Below, in pieces: positions 28,790 through 38,760 of a DNA stretch of 64,000 bases. Under the pieces are notes generated by a model that was given only the letters and a program-made list of their open reading frames with translations, made no database searches and had not been told where the DNA came from. Position numbers and translations under genes: made by a program. How positions within the stretch are numbered: position 1 is the first letter of the stretch; each line of letters opens with the position of its first letter. Source of the stretch: an uncultured Pseudomonadales bacterium (GTDB taxonomy: Bacteria; Patescibacteriota; Microgenomatia; UBA1400; UBA12028); contig CAZDWN010000003.1 of NCBI GenBank assembly GCA_964509365.1, positions 6,855 through 70,854 on the forward strand. The letters are read 5' to 3'.

Positions 28790-29959
28790 TTAGTCTCTGT
28801 CTCGAAACAGATTTTCCCTCCCATTCTCGTCATCACTCTTGCGAACACAATCGCGCTCAGTGAAGTCATACCACTTCTGTCGCAGAATGACTCGGCGGAA
28901 CCAATTTCGCCAACGTGAAGATGATGTAAATCCTCCACGTCGGTCACACACGGTCGGGACAGGATCTACTGGGATTGGTGTTGGTCGTGGCGTCGGTGAG
29001 GTTGTCGGTGCAGCGGTGGGCGTACGTGTTGGGTATGGGCTCGCAGTCGCTGTCGCTACTGGCGTGGGCGTAGGAGTTGCAGTCGGTCGAACTGTCGGGG
29101 TTGGCGTCAATGTTGGCGTCGGAGCTACGGTCGGGACAATGGTTGGAGTCGGTGTGATCGTCGGCGTAGGAGTTGCAGTGGGTCGAGCTGTTGGAGTCGG
29201 GGTTGGTGTAAGTGTTGGGGTCGGAGCAACTGTGGGAGTCGGCGATGGTGTAACCACCGGATCACTAATTGTCGCGATGTTCGTCCCGGTATCCAGAGCC
29301 ACGTTGACTGTCGGACAGAGCGATCCTAAGTTCGTCGATTTGGTCGTTGTGGTCAAGTACCCTAGTGTCTTGTGAAACGTGTAGAAGGTGTTGATTGCGA
29401 ATGAAGCGACATAGACTGTGCCAGCAGTAGAACTCGTTGGTTTTTGGCAAGGGTTGCCTTGGTGAGTGGTCGTCTTACTATCAGCGACTCCATTCGACAT
29501 GTGATTAAACGCTTGATTTTCGTATATCATGATGCACCGATTTTCTTTCATGATGTCAGCGGCACTCACACACGTCGCCGCTTTGGTCGTAAAGACAGAG
29601 TAAATGACTCCAGCATTCAGGAGGAAAAGGAGCAACGTCATCTGAAGACCAACACCAGAAAGTTGAGCAAACTTTCGAAGGTGCTTGAAGCGCCTTGTTC
29701 GACTTAATACTCGTATGAGTAAAAGCACAAACGTAGCAGAAAAAAGCAAAGGCACAGCGTAGATCGTAATCGTTCTCGCAGTTTCGATCGTGTTTGAGAA
29801 ATCAGGGACAATATACTGGAAAATGATTGTCCAACAAAACGCTGACAAGAGTCCAAAAAATCCCAAGATTAACCACTGTCCGATAGAAGTTGCTATTGAT
29901 GAGGAAGATTGCCTTGATTTCATTTCTTCATTTTCGCCTATGTACTCATGAAAAATCAA
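28790..29959 (-). CDS. Polytopic membrane protein with an extracellular Cys-containing domain, long (T/A)PTPT linker and an Arg/Trp-rich C-terminal tail
   Basis: Three N-terminal TM segments; about 110 aa of PTPT repeats; 2-nt gap to the downstream gene. Confidence 0.5.
   Translation of the reverse strand: MIFHEYIGENEEMKSRQSSSSIATSIGQWLILGFFGLLSAFCWTIIFQYIVPDFSNTIETARTITIYAVPLLFSATFVLLLIRVLSRTRRFKHLRKFAQLSGVGLQMTLLLFLLNAGVIYSVFTTKAATCVSAADIMKENRCIMIYENQAFNHMSNGVADSKTTTHQGNPCQKPTSSTAGTVYVASFAINTFYTFHKTLGYLTTTTKSTNLGSLCPTVNVALDTGTNIATISDPVVTPSPTPTVAPTPTLTPTPTPTARPTATPTPTITPTPTIVPTVAPTPTLTPTPTVRPTATPTPTPVATATASPYPTRTPTAAPTTSPTPRPTPIPVDPVPTVCDRRGGFTSSSRWRNWFRRVILRQKWYDFTERDCVRKSDDENGRENLFRDRD
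28960..29270. repeat. Low-complexity coding repeat (ACN-CCN)n encoding the PT linker
   Basis: Degenerate 6-nt periodicity; the antisense frame gives a spurious GVGV-rich ORF. Confidence 0.7.
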
Positions 29960-30014
29960 GTGCAGGAATCTGTAATCATATGTAAATGAAAGTGACCGTG
30001 ATAGTATCTATGGC

Positions 30015-30272
30015 ATGCAATGGATGACATATGTCGTACGGTGCGCAGATGACACATTTTATATTGGCAGTACCAATGACCTCAACAAGCGATTGCATGC
30101 TCACAATCATCTCAAATCGGGTGCAAAGTACACTCGTGCTCGCAGACCGGTAGCTCTGGTGTATCACGAGCTTACAGACAGTTTGTCAACGGCGCGTAAA
30201 CGCGAACATGAACTAAAAAAACTCACGAGGGTCCAGAAAATCTCACTTATAGCTCAAGGAATTGTTGTATGA
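30015..30272 (+). CDS. GIY-YIG nuclease superfamily protein (YhbQ/UPF0213-like)
   Basis: YVVRCADDTFYIGSTNDLNKRLHAHN...GAKYT...ELK motif set; 85 aa. Confidence 0.75.
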   Translation: MQWMTYVVRCADDTFYIGSTNDLNKRLHAHNHLKSGAKYTRARRPVALVYHELTDSLSTARKREHELKKLTRVQKISLIAQGIVV

Positions 30273-31105
30273 AAAAATCTCTAGATCTTACCCTTGGCCA
30301 AATCGAGCTTCACGTCAAAAACCTTGATAAGGAGATCAGTTTTTACAAAGATGTACTCAACCTTGAGATCATCGACAGCTCAGCTACCAGAGCAACTCTC
30401 GGAAAACATGGCCATCCACTACTTCAGTTGATCACGAGTGATGCCCCTCGAGCAGTAGCTACGCATGCAGGGTTGTATCATTTCGCAATCCTCTTTGAGA
30501 GTCGAGGAGAACTAGCGCGTACGGTACTTTCAGTACTCAAGCACATGCCTGAGCTGTATAGCGGATCAGCGGATCATTTGGTTTCCGAAGCTTTTTATCT
30601 CAATGATCCCGAAGGGAATGGCATCGAATTGTATTTCGATCGAGAGAAAACCAAGTGGAACTGGAAGAATAATCAAGTTGAAATGGCAACAATCTCTCTT
30701 CCTCCACGCGAGTATTTGGAATCATACGTCACTCTAGAAGAACCCAATACGTCCGTACGAATGGGACATTTTCATCTGAAAGTTGGAGATATCGAATTGG
30801 CCAAGTCATTTTATGTCGATGTCCTGGGATTTGAAGTAACCGCTGCATTCCCAGGGGCTCTGTTTATCTCAGTCAATGGATACCACCATCATTTGGGATT
30901 AAATACTTGGGAAAGCGCTCATGCAGGGAAACGAGTAGAAACGTTAGGATTAAAATCTATTGAGTTTGTGCTTCCCGATCGTGAAGCACTTAAAAGAATC
31001 GAAGCGAAATTATCGAAAGCAAAAATTTCTTTTGCGTCAGAGAAGATGAGTGTCACTTTCCAAGATCCCTGGGGAAATCATATTCGAATGATCACACTCG
31101 CTTGA
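30269..31105 (+). CDS. VOC family protein (two glyoxalase/extradiol-dioxygenase-like modules)
   Basis: Duplicated beta-alpha-beta-beta-beta modules; HFHLKVGDIELAKSFYVDVLGFEV. Confidence 0.65.
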   Translation: MKKSLDLTLGQIELHVKNLDKEISFYKDVLNLEIIDSSATRATLGKHGHPLLQLITSDAPRAVATHAGLYHFAILFESRGELARTVLSVLKHMPELYSGSADHLVSEAFYLNDPEGNGIELYFDREKTKWNWKNNQVEMATISLPPREYLESYVTLEEPNTSVRMGHFHLKVGDIELAKSFYVDVLGFEVTAAFPGALFISVNGYHHHLGLNTWESAHAGKRVETLGLKSIEFVLPDREALKRIEAKLSKAKISFASEKMSVTFQDPWGNHIRMITLA

Positions 31106-32756
31106 ACATTTTGTCTAAATCATTTTTCGTCATCTCGATCTTTGTTGGCCGACCATGCGGGCAAGTAAATTGATTTGGTGTGTGATCAAGTTCTTCAATA
31201 AGCTCTTTCATTTTCTCATGAGACAACACATCTCCAGCTTTCACCGCATTTCGACATGCAAGGAATGTGATCATTTTTTTTGTCATGACATCTACCGTGC
31301 GGACAGGCCTTCCTTCTCGAATATCGTGGATACACTCTTCGATGACAGGGATGAGGTCTCTATCTGAAAGTAGCGAGGGAATTCCTGACAAGTGATAGTG
31401 CTGAGCGTGATCAAGCTGAAATGAGAATCCCATTTTTTCAAAAATCGAAATGTGCTCCTCCAACACCATTGAATCCGCGCTAGAAAGCTTAAGTGGCAGC
31501 GTATGAGCCAGTGCAGTCACTTGCGGCTTTTTGATTTGCGCTCTGTATTCATTCATAAATTTTTCGTAGAGAATGCGCTCATGCACAGCATGCTGATCGA
31601 AAATAATCACTCCGCGATTTGACTCAACGCTACAATAGGTCATATGCCATTGATTGAGCGTCGTCCAATCGTAGCGAGGCGTCGTCGATTGCGGAAGAAC
31701 GGCGTCTTTCAGAGCACTTCCTGCTTTTGATTGCGACGGTATATTTGAATGCCCCCAGTCCTGCAGTTGAAAAGTCAAATTGTGAGACTGCAACTCATGA
31801 AGGACAGCGTTTTGGATACTCAGATATATGTGATCTGGAGACGTAAACGCAATGGTTTCTTTTCGCGGATGGACATTCACATCGATAAGCTGCACGGGTA
31901 TATGAATATGGAGGATTGCGGCAGGATGTGATTCTCGGGGTAAGAGGGTCCCAAACGCTTCTTTAATCGCGCTGGAAATCAGTGAGTCGCGAACAGGTCT
32001 GCCGTTAATAGAAATATATTGTTCTCTCGGAGAACTCAACGCAAAGTTTGGTTTGGAGACATATCCTTGCAAGCGAATATAGGAGTCTTCAAGACTCAAG
32101 GGGATAAAATCCTCAATAGCTCGTGACTCGTGGAGTGAGAGCAATCGTTCTTCGATGGACTCGCCTGATCGATCAATCATCACTTTTCCTTGAATCGTGA
32201 GTGCAAAGTGAAGCGCAGGATACGCTAACGTATACGCATTCACGACGTCGAGAAGTATACGTCGCTCCGTTTGCGTCGATTTAAGAAACGTTTTACGCGC
32301 AGGTAGTTTTTCAAATAGTTGTTCGACGACAACTCGAGTTCCGCGGGGCATACCTGCCGTTTGTACAGACTGATTTTTTGAAGAGAAACTAGCGCCCAGA
32401 TCTGCATCTTGAACACGACTGTGAATAGTTAATGCGCCTATGGCTGCAATGCTAGCGAGCGCCTCTCCACGAAATCCTAGAGTCCTCACCGTTCGCAGAT
32501 CATCGCTGGTCGAAATTTTACTGGTTGCGTGAAGTTTGGATGCGAGCTGAAGATCTTCCACAGGAATTCCGACGCCATTGTCGGTCACTACAATTTTTTC
32601 AAGTAGCTCTCCTGACGTTTCGATGTGGATACTCGTCGCTTGGGCATCAATGGCATTATCGATGAGTTCTTTGACTACGTATGCAGGTCGTTCGATGACT
32701 TCGCCCGCCGCAATTTGAGCAATCACGTCGTCGGGAAGTTGAAGTATTGAAGCCAT
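31092..32756 (-). CDS. mutL: DNA mismatch repair protein MutL
   Basis: GHKL ATPase N-terminus (IAAGEVIERPAYVVKELIDNAIDA, TDNGVGIP), C-terminal dimerisation domain. Confidence 0.9.
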   Translation of the reverse strand: MASILQLPDDVIAQIAAGEVIERPAYVVKELIDNAIDAQATSIHIETSGELLEKIVVTDNGVGIPVEDLQLASKLHATSKISTSDDLRTVRTLGFRGEALASIAAIGALTIHSRVQDADLGASFSSKNQSVQTAGMPRGTRVVVEQLFEKLPARKTFLKSTQTERRILLDVVNAYTLAYPALHFALTIQGKVMIDRSGESIEERLLSLHESRAIEDFIPLSLEDSYIRLQGYVSKPNFALSSPREQYISINGRPVRDSLISSAIKEAFGTLLPRESHPAAILHIHIPVQLIDVNVHPRKETIAFTSPDHIYLSIQNAVLHELQSHNLTFQLQDWGHSNIPSQSKAGSALKDAVLPQSTTPRYDWTTLNQWHMTYCSVESNRGVIIFDQHAVHERILYEKFMNEYRAQIKKPQVTALAHTLPLKLSSADSMVLEEHISIFEKMGFSFQLDHAQHYHLSGIPSLLSDRDLIPVIEECIHDIREGRPVRTVDVMTKKMITFLACRNAVKAGDVLSHEKMKELIEELDHTPNQFTCPHGRPTKIEMTKNDLDKMFKRV

Positions 32757-32762
32757 AGATTC

Positions 32763-35333
32763 TTATTTCAGTTCGTTTTGCAATTCAGACAACAAATTAA
32801 GTGCATCAAGTGGTGTCGTCTGCGAGAGCGATACTTCTTTAATTCGTTTCGATACACTAAATTCCAAATGTTCTGCTCCACGATCGTCTTGACTGCTGTC
32901 ACGATGCTCGAGCTCGCGTAGTTTTTCACTCGCGAGTGCGATAACTTCGTCAGGCACGCCTGCAAGTTTTGCGACTTGAATACCATAACTGCTGGTCGCT
33001 CCACCGGGAAGCAATGTATGTAAAAAGACAGGACCACTGGATTCTTCTTGCACGGCCATATGGAAATTGCGAATCGATTTTGGATGCAGTTCTTCAAGTG
33101 CTTGTAGTTCATGGTAGTGAGTGGCGAACAATGTCTTTGCCCGACAAGCGTTGACGATATATGTCGCAACTGCCCACGCGATGCTGATTCCGTCGTACGT
33201 ACTTGTGCCTCTCCCTATTTCATCCATGATGATCAAACTTTTCTTGGTCGCATGATGCAAAATATACGAAGTCTCGACCATCTCAACCATGAACGTTGAA
33301 AGCCCTGAGGTTATGACATCTGAGGCTCCACTGCGGACAAAAATGCGATCAACGATACCAATGTGCGCGCTCGTCGCAGGGACAAAACTCCCAATATGGC
33401 AAAGAAGGACAATCAATGCAGTTTGACGAATAAACACTGATTTACCAGCCATATTCGGACCAGTGATGATAAGTAATTGATGTTGCAAGGTATCAAGGTG
33501 GACAGAGTTTGGCACAAACGGGTCATCGTGGAGTAATCGTTCGACCACTGGATGTCTTCCATCGTGTATCCGCAGTTCATTGGAATAGAGAAGTTTTGGT
33601 CGACAATACGAGTGTTTGGTCGCGAGCACTGCGAAGTTGACGAGACAGTCAATCGTGGCGATGGCATCACACGCGACTTGCATGTGCGAAACGGATTGTA
33701 AAATATCACGGAGCGTGCTCGTATAGATCTCATACTCGATCCGATTGGCTTCTTCTTTTGCGGCGAGAATTTCTATTTCGTGCTCTTTGAGTTCTGGAGT
33801 GATATACCGTTCACTGCTCACCAGCGTTTGTCGCCTGACGTAGTCGGAGGGGACGAGTGAAGTGTTTGTTTTGGTGACGTCGATATAATATCCGAACACA
33901 CTGTTGTACCGTACTTTCAAAGAGGAGATGCTCGTGCGTTTCCTCTGATGGAGTTCAAATTCTTTAAGCCACTGGTCGCCATTGTCGATGAGTCCACGCA
34001 AGTAGTCTAAACGAGTGTCGACACCAGTCGCTATGATTCCTCCGTCTTTGAGCGTAATCGCTGGGTCCTCGCAAAATGTGTGTTGAATTCTCGAACAAAC
34101 GAGTGGCAACTCGTCGTCAATACGTTCACACAAGTGAGCGAGCAAAGGAGGGAGCGATCCGCTACACGTCGTTTTCACTTCAATGAAATGTGTCAACGCT
34201 TGTGAGAGTAGGACGAGGTCTCTCGCATTTCCAATACCGACTGAAAGTCTGGAAAGGACTCGTTGGACATCTGCAATGCGTGAAAGGATGGAAACAGTTT
34301 GCGTGCGAAGCGTGTGTTGAGTGCGAAAATAGTCCGCCGTATCGAGTCGCTCTTCAATGGCTTCATACCTTCCAAGTGGGGCGCACAGCCAACTTCGAAG
34401 TAATCGAGCTCCCATAGCAGTTTGCGTGCCATCGATCGCTTGCAGAAGGGAACCATCAGTGTCATGTTCTCGAATAGTCGAAAAAAGCTCGAGATTGATA
34501 ATCGTAGAGCGGTCCAAGAGGACGACATCCTCAGTATTCATGAGTCGGATGCTACGAATGTGATCAATTTTCCCTTTTTGAGTTTCCGATAAATACTCAT
34601 AGAGAGCTAGGCTTGCTTGTTGCGCAAGGACTTTATCTAGGAGATCAAATACCTGTAACGAAGCACGTCCAAAATATGATTGGAGTTTGCTTGCAACGGC
34701 TTCTTTTTTCGTTTCCCATGAAGCTATCGGTGTAATACTCATGTGTCGGAGGGACGACAACTGAAGAAGCAGGTCTTTGTCTTCATAGTCTCGCGATGAA
34801 AGAATGCATTCTGAAGGCTCTAACCGATGGAGTTCATCGAGCAGAATTTGCACCGTATCCTCGCCGTTGAGTTGCTCAGTCATAAACTCACCGGTAGAGA
34901 TATCCGCGCAACTCAGCGCGACTGCATTTCTTCCAAATACGATGGAGACAATGTAGTTATTTTTTGATCGATCGAGCGCAGACTCTGTCACGATGGTGCC
35001 GGGTGTGACGATGCGTATGACATCTCGTTCGACAATTCCTTTGGAGTTTGGCTCAGTCAGTTGCTCACAGATCGCTACTTTGTGACCTGCGTGGACTAAC
35101 TTGTGAAGATACGTATCAACTGCATGATAGGGGACTCCAGCCATCGGAATCCGACCGTCCCGACCTTTGCTTCGACTGGTAAGTGTAATCCCGAGGACTT
35201 TGGCTCCGACGATAGCATCGTCCAAGAACAGTTCATAAAAATCACCCATCCGATAGAACAGTAAGCAATCACTATATTGCGATTTTATCCGAAGATACTG
35301 CTTCATCATGGGAGTCGAGAACTGATCGTGCAT
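32763..35333 (-). CDS. mutS: DNA mismatch repair protein MutS
   Basis: N-terminal MGDFYELF mismatch-binding motif; Walker A GPNMAGKS; 856 aa. Confidence 0.95.
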   Translation of the reverse strand: MHDQFSTPMMKQYLRIKSQYSDCLLFYRMGDFYELFLDDAIVGAKVLGITLTSRSKGRDGRIPMAGVPYHAVDTYLHKLVHAGHKVAICEQLTEPNSKGIVERDVIRIVTPGTIVTESALDRSKNNYIVSIVFGRNAVALSCADISTGEFMTEQLNGEDTVQILLDELHRLEPSECILSSRDYEDKDLLLQLSSLRHMSITPIASWETKKEAVASKLQSYFGRASLQVFDLLDKVLAQQASLALYEYLSETQKGKIDHIRSIRLMNTEDVVLLDRSTIINLELFSTIREHDTDGSLLQAIDGTQTAMGARLLRSWLCAPLGRYEAIEERLDTADYFRTQHTLRTQTVSILSRIADVQRVLSRLSVGIGNARDLVLLSQALTHFIEVKTTCSGSLPPLLAHLCERIDDELPLVCSRIQHTFCEDPAITLKDGGIIATGVDTRLDYLRGLIDNGDQWLKEFELHQRKRTSISSLKVRYNSVFGYYIDVTKTNTSLVPSDYVRRQTLVSSERYITPELKEHEIEILAAKEEANRIEYEIYTSTLRDILQSVSHMQVACDAIATIDCLVNFAVLATKHSYCRPKLLYSNELRIHDGRHPVVERLLHDDPFVPNSVHLDTLQHQLLIITGPNMAGKSVFIRQTALIVLLCHIGSFVPATSAHIGIVDRIFVRSGASDVITSGLSTFMVEMVETSYILHHATKKSLIIMDEIGRGTSTYDGISIAWAVATYIVNACRAKTLFATHYHELQALEELHPKSIRNFHMAVQEESSGPVFLHTLLPGGATSSYGIQVAKLAGVPDEVIALASEKLRELEHRDSSQDDRGAEHLEFSVSKRIKEVSLSQTTPLDALNLLSELQNELK

Positions 35334-35377
35334 AGAAGTGAAAGTTGAGTAAAGCTTGATTCACAAGAAAAATCAAC

Positions 35378-35956
35378 TTATCTTTTGAGTGAGTGAAAGA
35401 GTTCGATAAACTTCCCGTAGTTTGCATAGATAAGATATGCATTCAAGACAAGGAGTGAAGGGAAAATGACGAAGTTCTCGATCCAGAATCCACTGCGGAT
35501 GCGAAGTGATCGCACTGGGGGAATCCCTATCTTCCACATAATTGGCCAAAATAGTGGGACTCCTTCCTTTGTGGGCATGTCGAAGAGAATATGACTCAAG
35601 TATCCGATCATGAATGAATACCAGACTATTCCCATATCGATGAGGACGATGGATTGAAGTAGTTTGAGAAACCAGGCGATCAATGTCGCAAACAAAATGA
35701 CTCCAATAATTGAGTGAGAAATGTGTCGGTGACCACCTAAAAATTTACAGACAAATTTGGATACGACGGTACCCCCTCGAAAATTGTCCCAGAGATCCGA
35801 AGTGGGCTGATCGATATCTGGAAATAAGCTACCTACGAAATTGGCACCAAAAGCGGTGATGGCAGTCGCGACAGTCATCTCTGGTATTTGTGGCAGCAAC
35901 ACGATCACGAGGAGTAGCGCACTGAGTCCTGCAATGTCATGAGTTCGTCCAGTCAT
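35378..35956 (-). CDS. Membrane-bound metal-dependent hydrolase (DUF457/YdjM-like)
   Basis: Start taken at MTGRTHD; His-rich polytopic membrane protein. The longer ORF would overlap the divergent gene at 36003, so it was trimmed. Confidence 0.5.
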   Translation of the reverse strand: MTGRTHDIAGLSALLLVIVLLPQIPEMTVATAITAFGANFVGSLFPDIDQPTSDLWDNFRGGTVVSKFVCKFLGGHRHISHSIIGVILFATLIAWFLKLLQSIVLIDMGIVWYSFMIGYLSHILFDMPTKEGVPLFWPIMWKIGIPPVRSLRIRSGFWIENFVIFPSLLVLNAYLIYANYGKFIELFHSLKR

Positions 35957-36002
35957 AAAAGACAGTGTATAGTTATTCGATTGTAGTTTATAGTAGAGCC
36001 TT

Positions 36003-37367
36003 ATGAAAAAAGGTATAGGCACATTACATATACACATCTCCAATATATCGGAAGATGTCTGGGAATTCATCAACACGCTTCCCAATGAGAAAAAGGAATT
36101 TGAGATTCGAGAGAATTCCGAGCTTTCGGATAGAGATCTGTTTTGTTTCTTAAAAAAAGAGAATTTGATTGTGATCATGCCAAAATCAATCGATCAAGAT
36201 TTCTTGGAATCTTTTCGCAACCAATTTCCGAGAAAATTTCTCCAAGTGCTCTGGCCGGATCGTCATTCGGGAGAGCTTTCTCTCGACATTCATAATGATC
36301 AAAAACTATTTCGTGATCTCATCGCTATTATGAACGAGTACGAGGAAGTTGAAATCACTAGTTATTCCTCGACGCATCAGTTTCATAATCTTTGCATTGA
36401 AATTTCAAAAAAAGCTCCTCATGTCACGTTCCCAGATACGCCAGAAGATACATGGACTACCGACTATTTCGGGACTAAGGCAGGCTTTCGGCAAATTCAG
36501 TACGACAACCACGGAAAGAAGCTGTTCCCGATGTGTGCTGGACTCTCACTTATGGGAGTAGAGAACGCCTCGCAGGCGGCGGCGTATTTTTATTCAAAAT
36601 ATGACGGTGTGGTGATTAAAACAAATAAGGGCCATGCAGGAATGGGCGTTCTCATCATTCGCAAGGGTGACCTGTCTACTCGTATCACGTTATCAAGTCA
36701 AATTGCTGCGAAAATGACGGAGTCGTATTGGAACGAATTTCCGATTACCATAGAGGAGTTTGTGAGTTGCGATCCTAGTATCGGAGGCGGGTTCCCAAAT
36801 GCCGAGTGTTACGTATCAAAAAAAGGAACGGTCTCCTATTTATATTCTTGTGGCATGCGCGTGAATTCCTCCGGAGAGTTCAAAGGAGTCGAGATTGGTG
36901 TAGGTGCAATGGAAGTGAGTCAGGAGTCCAAGTTGCGAACATATGGGAATAGACTTGGAAAAATGTATGCGGAAGCAAACTACTGTGGATTTTTTGATGT
37001 CGACTGTCTTGCTTCAAAAGACGGAACCATTTTTGTGAGTGAATCCAATGTCAGACGCACCGGTGGAACGCACGTGTATCTTGCAGCTCTTGACCTGTTT
37101 GGCAAATCATTTGCTAAAAAAACGTATGCACTTTCAAACAACTTGTATCCGATTGCAGACAAATTGCCGAGATCTTATCAGCAACTCGAGTCGAGTTTGG
37201 AACCAATTTTATTTGATAAGAAAAAAAAAGAAGGCGTTTTGATCGTTGCTGCCAATTTACTTCATCGAAGTGTTTTTGGCTACATTATCTTTGGAAATAC
37301 GAAACAGAGAGCCTACGAAATTGAAGAGACCATGGAGCAACTGCTACGTAAACATCAGCCTAGGTAG
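36003..37367 (+). CDS. Hypothetical ATP-grasp-like ligase
   Basis: VVIKTNKGHAGMGV (ATP-grasp phosphate-binding loop-like) and FFDVDCLASKDGTIFVSESNVRRTGGTH (E/N Mg-binding-like) motifs. Confidence 0.35.
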   Translation: MKKGIGTLHIHISNISEDVWEFINTLPNEKKEFEIRENSELSDRDLFCFLKKENLIVIMPKSIDQDFLESFRNQFPRKFLQVLWPDRHSGELSLDIHNDQKLFRDLIAIMNEYEEVEITSYSSTHQFHNLCIEISKKAPHVTFPDTPEDTWTTDYFGTKAGFRQIQYDNHGKKLFPMCAGLSLMGVENASQAAAYFYSKYDGVVIKTNKGHAGMGVLIIRKGDLSTRITLSSQIAAKMTESYWNEFPITIEEFVSCDPSIGGGFPNAECYVSKKGTVSYLYSCGMRVNSSGEFKGVEIGVGAMEVSQESKLRTYGNRLGKMYAEANYCGFFDVDCLASKDGTIFVSESNVRRTGGTHVYLAALDLFGKSFAKKTYALSNNLYPIADKLPRSYQQLESSLEPILFDKKKKEGVLIVAANLLHRSVFGYIIFGNTKQRAYEIEETMEQLLRKHQPR

Positions 37368-37435
37368 CAGGTACTATTTTGTACAGGTGATCGTCAACTT
37401 CAATATCGCGTATTTTTTTTATTCATGAGACTTTG

Positions 37436-38101
37436 TTAGTTGGAAACTATTTTCATTCGGGCAGAATCAAGTAAGGATAGGTACGCGAGAGACGTCTTCA
37501 GTTGAATGCGATATTGTTTGTTGCCAGAGTCCAGCGTAATCTTGGAAGCGACGAATGTACTCACATCTTGATCCGTGGAGACGTCTGAGTACCACACAGG
37601 ATGTTTATCGGTGACATTGTACAAGCGTGCCGACATGACTCCATTTTTTGTGGGAATATGCATGCTGACTTCGAAATAAGTTTCTTTTGTATTGGGATAA
37701 TTGGAAGTATTTACATACACATCGCTGCCTGCGACATCTTCCCAGTCAGCTTTAGATGTGGATCCTGTGCCCATAGGGATAAATGACTCTTTGGTTGTCT
37801 GGGCAGGCAGTATTGGCTTGGCCGCTATTGGTTGTGAGCTTGAGGTAGCGACCTTGCCTGACAACGTCGCGATCTTTTGATCGACTTGCTTGAGCGCGAA
37901 TTGCAGTGCTTGCTGGCAAGCCAGACCGCAACTATCGTTTGACTGGGCGACTGGTGTCGCTGACGACTCAACTTTTGCAGGTGAAGACTCTAGTCTGGCA
38001 GGCAATAATTTGAATATGGTGTAGTTGAGAAGCAGCAAATTTGCGACCACTGCGATCGCAAAGACAGAGATAACGACGGTAGTAGTAGAGTTCATAGGCA
38101 A
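37436..38101 (-). CDS. Hypothetical secreted protein
   Basis: N-terminal TM or signal peptide; Ser/Thr-rich. Confidence 0.4.
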   Translation of the reverse strand: MPMNSTTTVVISVFAIAVVANLLLLNYTIFKLLPARLESSPAKVESSATPVAQSNDSCGLACQQALQFALKQVDQKIATLSGKVATSSSQPIAAKPILPAQTTKESFIPMGTGSTSKADWEDVAGSDVYVNTSNYPNTKETYFEVSMHIPTKNGVMSARLYNVTDKHPVWYSDVSTDQDVSTFVASKITLDSGNKQYRIQLKTSLAYLSLLDSARMKIVSN

Positions 38102-38163
38102 ATAGCTATCTTTTAGTCTAGCACTTTTTCAAATCGCAAAATATGCTATAGTCCAAAACCACT

Positions 38164-38760
38164 ATGGTCGAACATAAAATTGTCATCCCACCTGAACAAC
38201 GCATGATCTCATTGCTTCAGATGGCGTGTTGCTCGCAGTTCAGTCCGATTGATGCGTATATTTGCACACCTGTTACAAGCGTCGCTGGACTTAGTGCTGC
38301 GCTTTCACTCGAAGAACGTATTCAAGTCCATAGGACGAACGCAATTTCAGAACTAAAAATGTTGCAAGAATCCGGAAAGCTATCATATGAACACATTTAT
38401 TTCCCTCACAGTCTAGGAATTAGATATGACGAAAATGGTGAAATGTGGAAAGAATCCAAATATCTATTGCTCTCTGCAAAATTACTGCTAGGTATTCCGG
38501 ACGAGCAGGCGAAATCATTTTTTTCATCCATATTGCTTTCACCTCAAATGCAGGAAGTCATGAACAATTACCATGCGCCAGAAAAAGAAAGAAAAGAAGG
38601 ATATATTTTCATGGCTGAGAGAATTGCCAAAGTTGCTTCTAGTATGAAAGTTCAACCACGCGACGTCATTAAAATATCCACTGCTCCAACATCATTGGGA
38701 TGTGGAGCAGAACTCTATTTAGCTGCAGTGTTTGCAAATAGGGTCATTAGTTTAACTTAG
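38164..38760 (+). CDS. Hypothetical cytoplasmic protein
   Basis: 198-aa ORF with no recognisable motif. Confidence 0.35.
   Translation: MVEHKIVIPPEQRMISLLQMACCSQFSPIDAYICTPVTSVAGLSAALSLEERIQVHRTNAISELKMLQESGKLSYEHIYFPHSLGIRYDENGEMWKESKYLLLSAKLLLGIPDEQAKSFFSSILLSPQMQEVMNNYHAPEKERKEGYIFMAERIAKVASSMKVQPRDVIKISTAPTSLGCGAELYLAAVFANRVISLT

Noticed and set aside
28839-29375. 178-aa plus-strand ORF rich in GVGV repeats
   Set aside because: It is the antisense reading of the (ACN-CCN)n Pro/Thr linker repeat inside the minus-strand gene 28790-29959, a low-complexity artefact.
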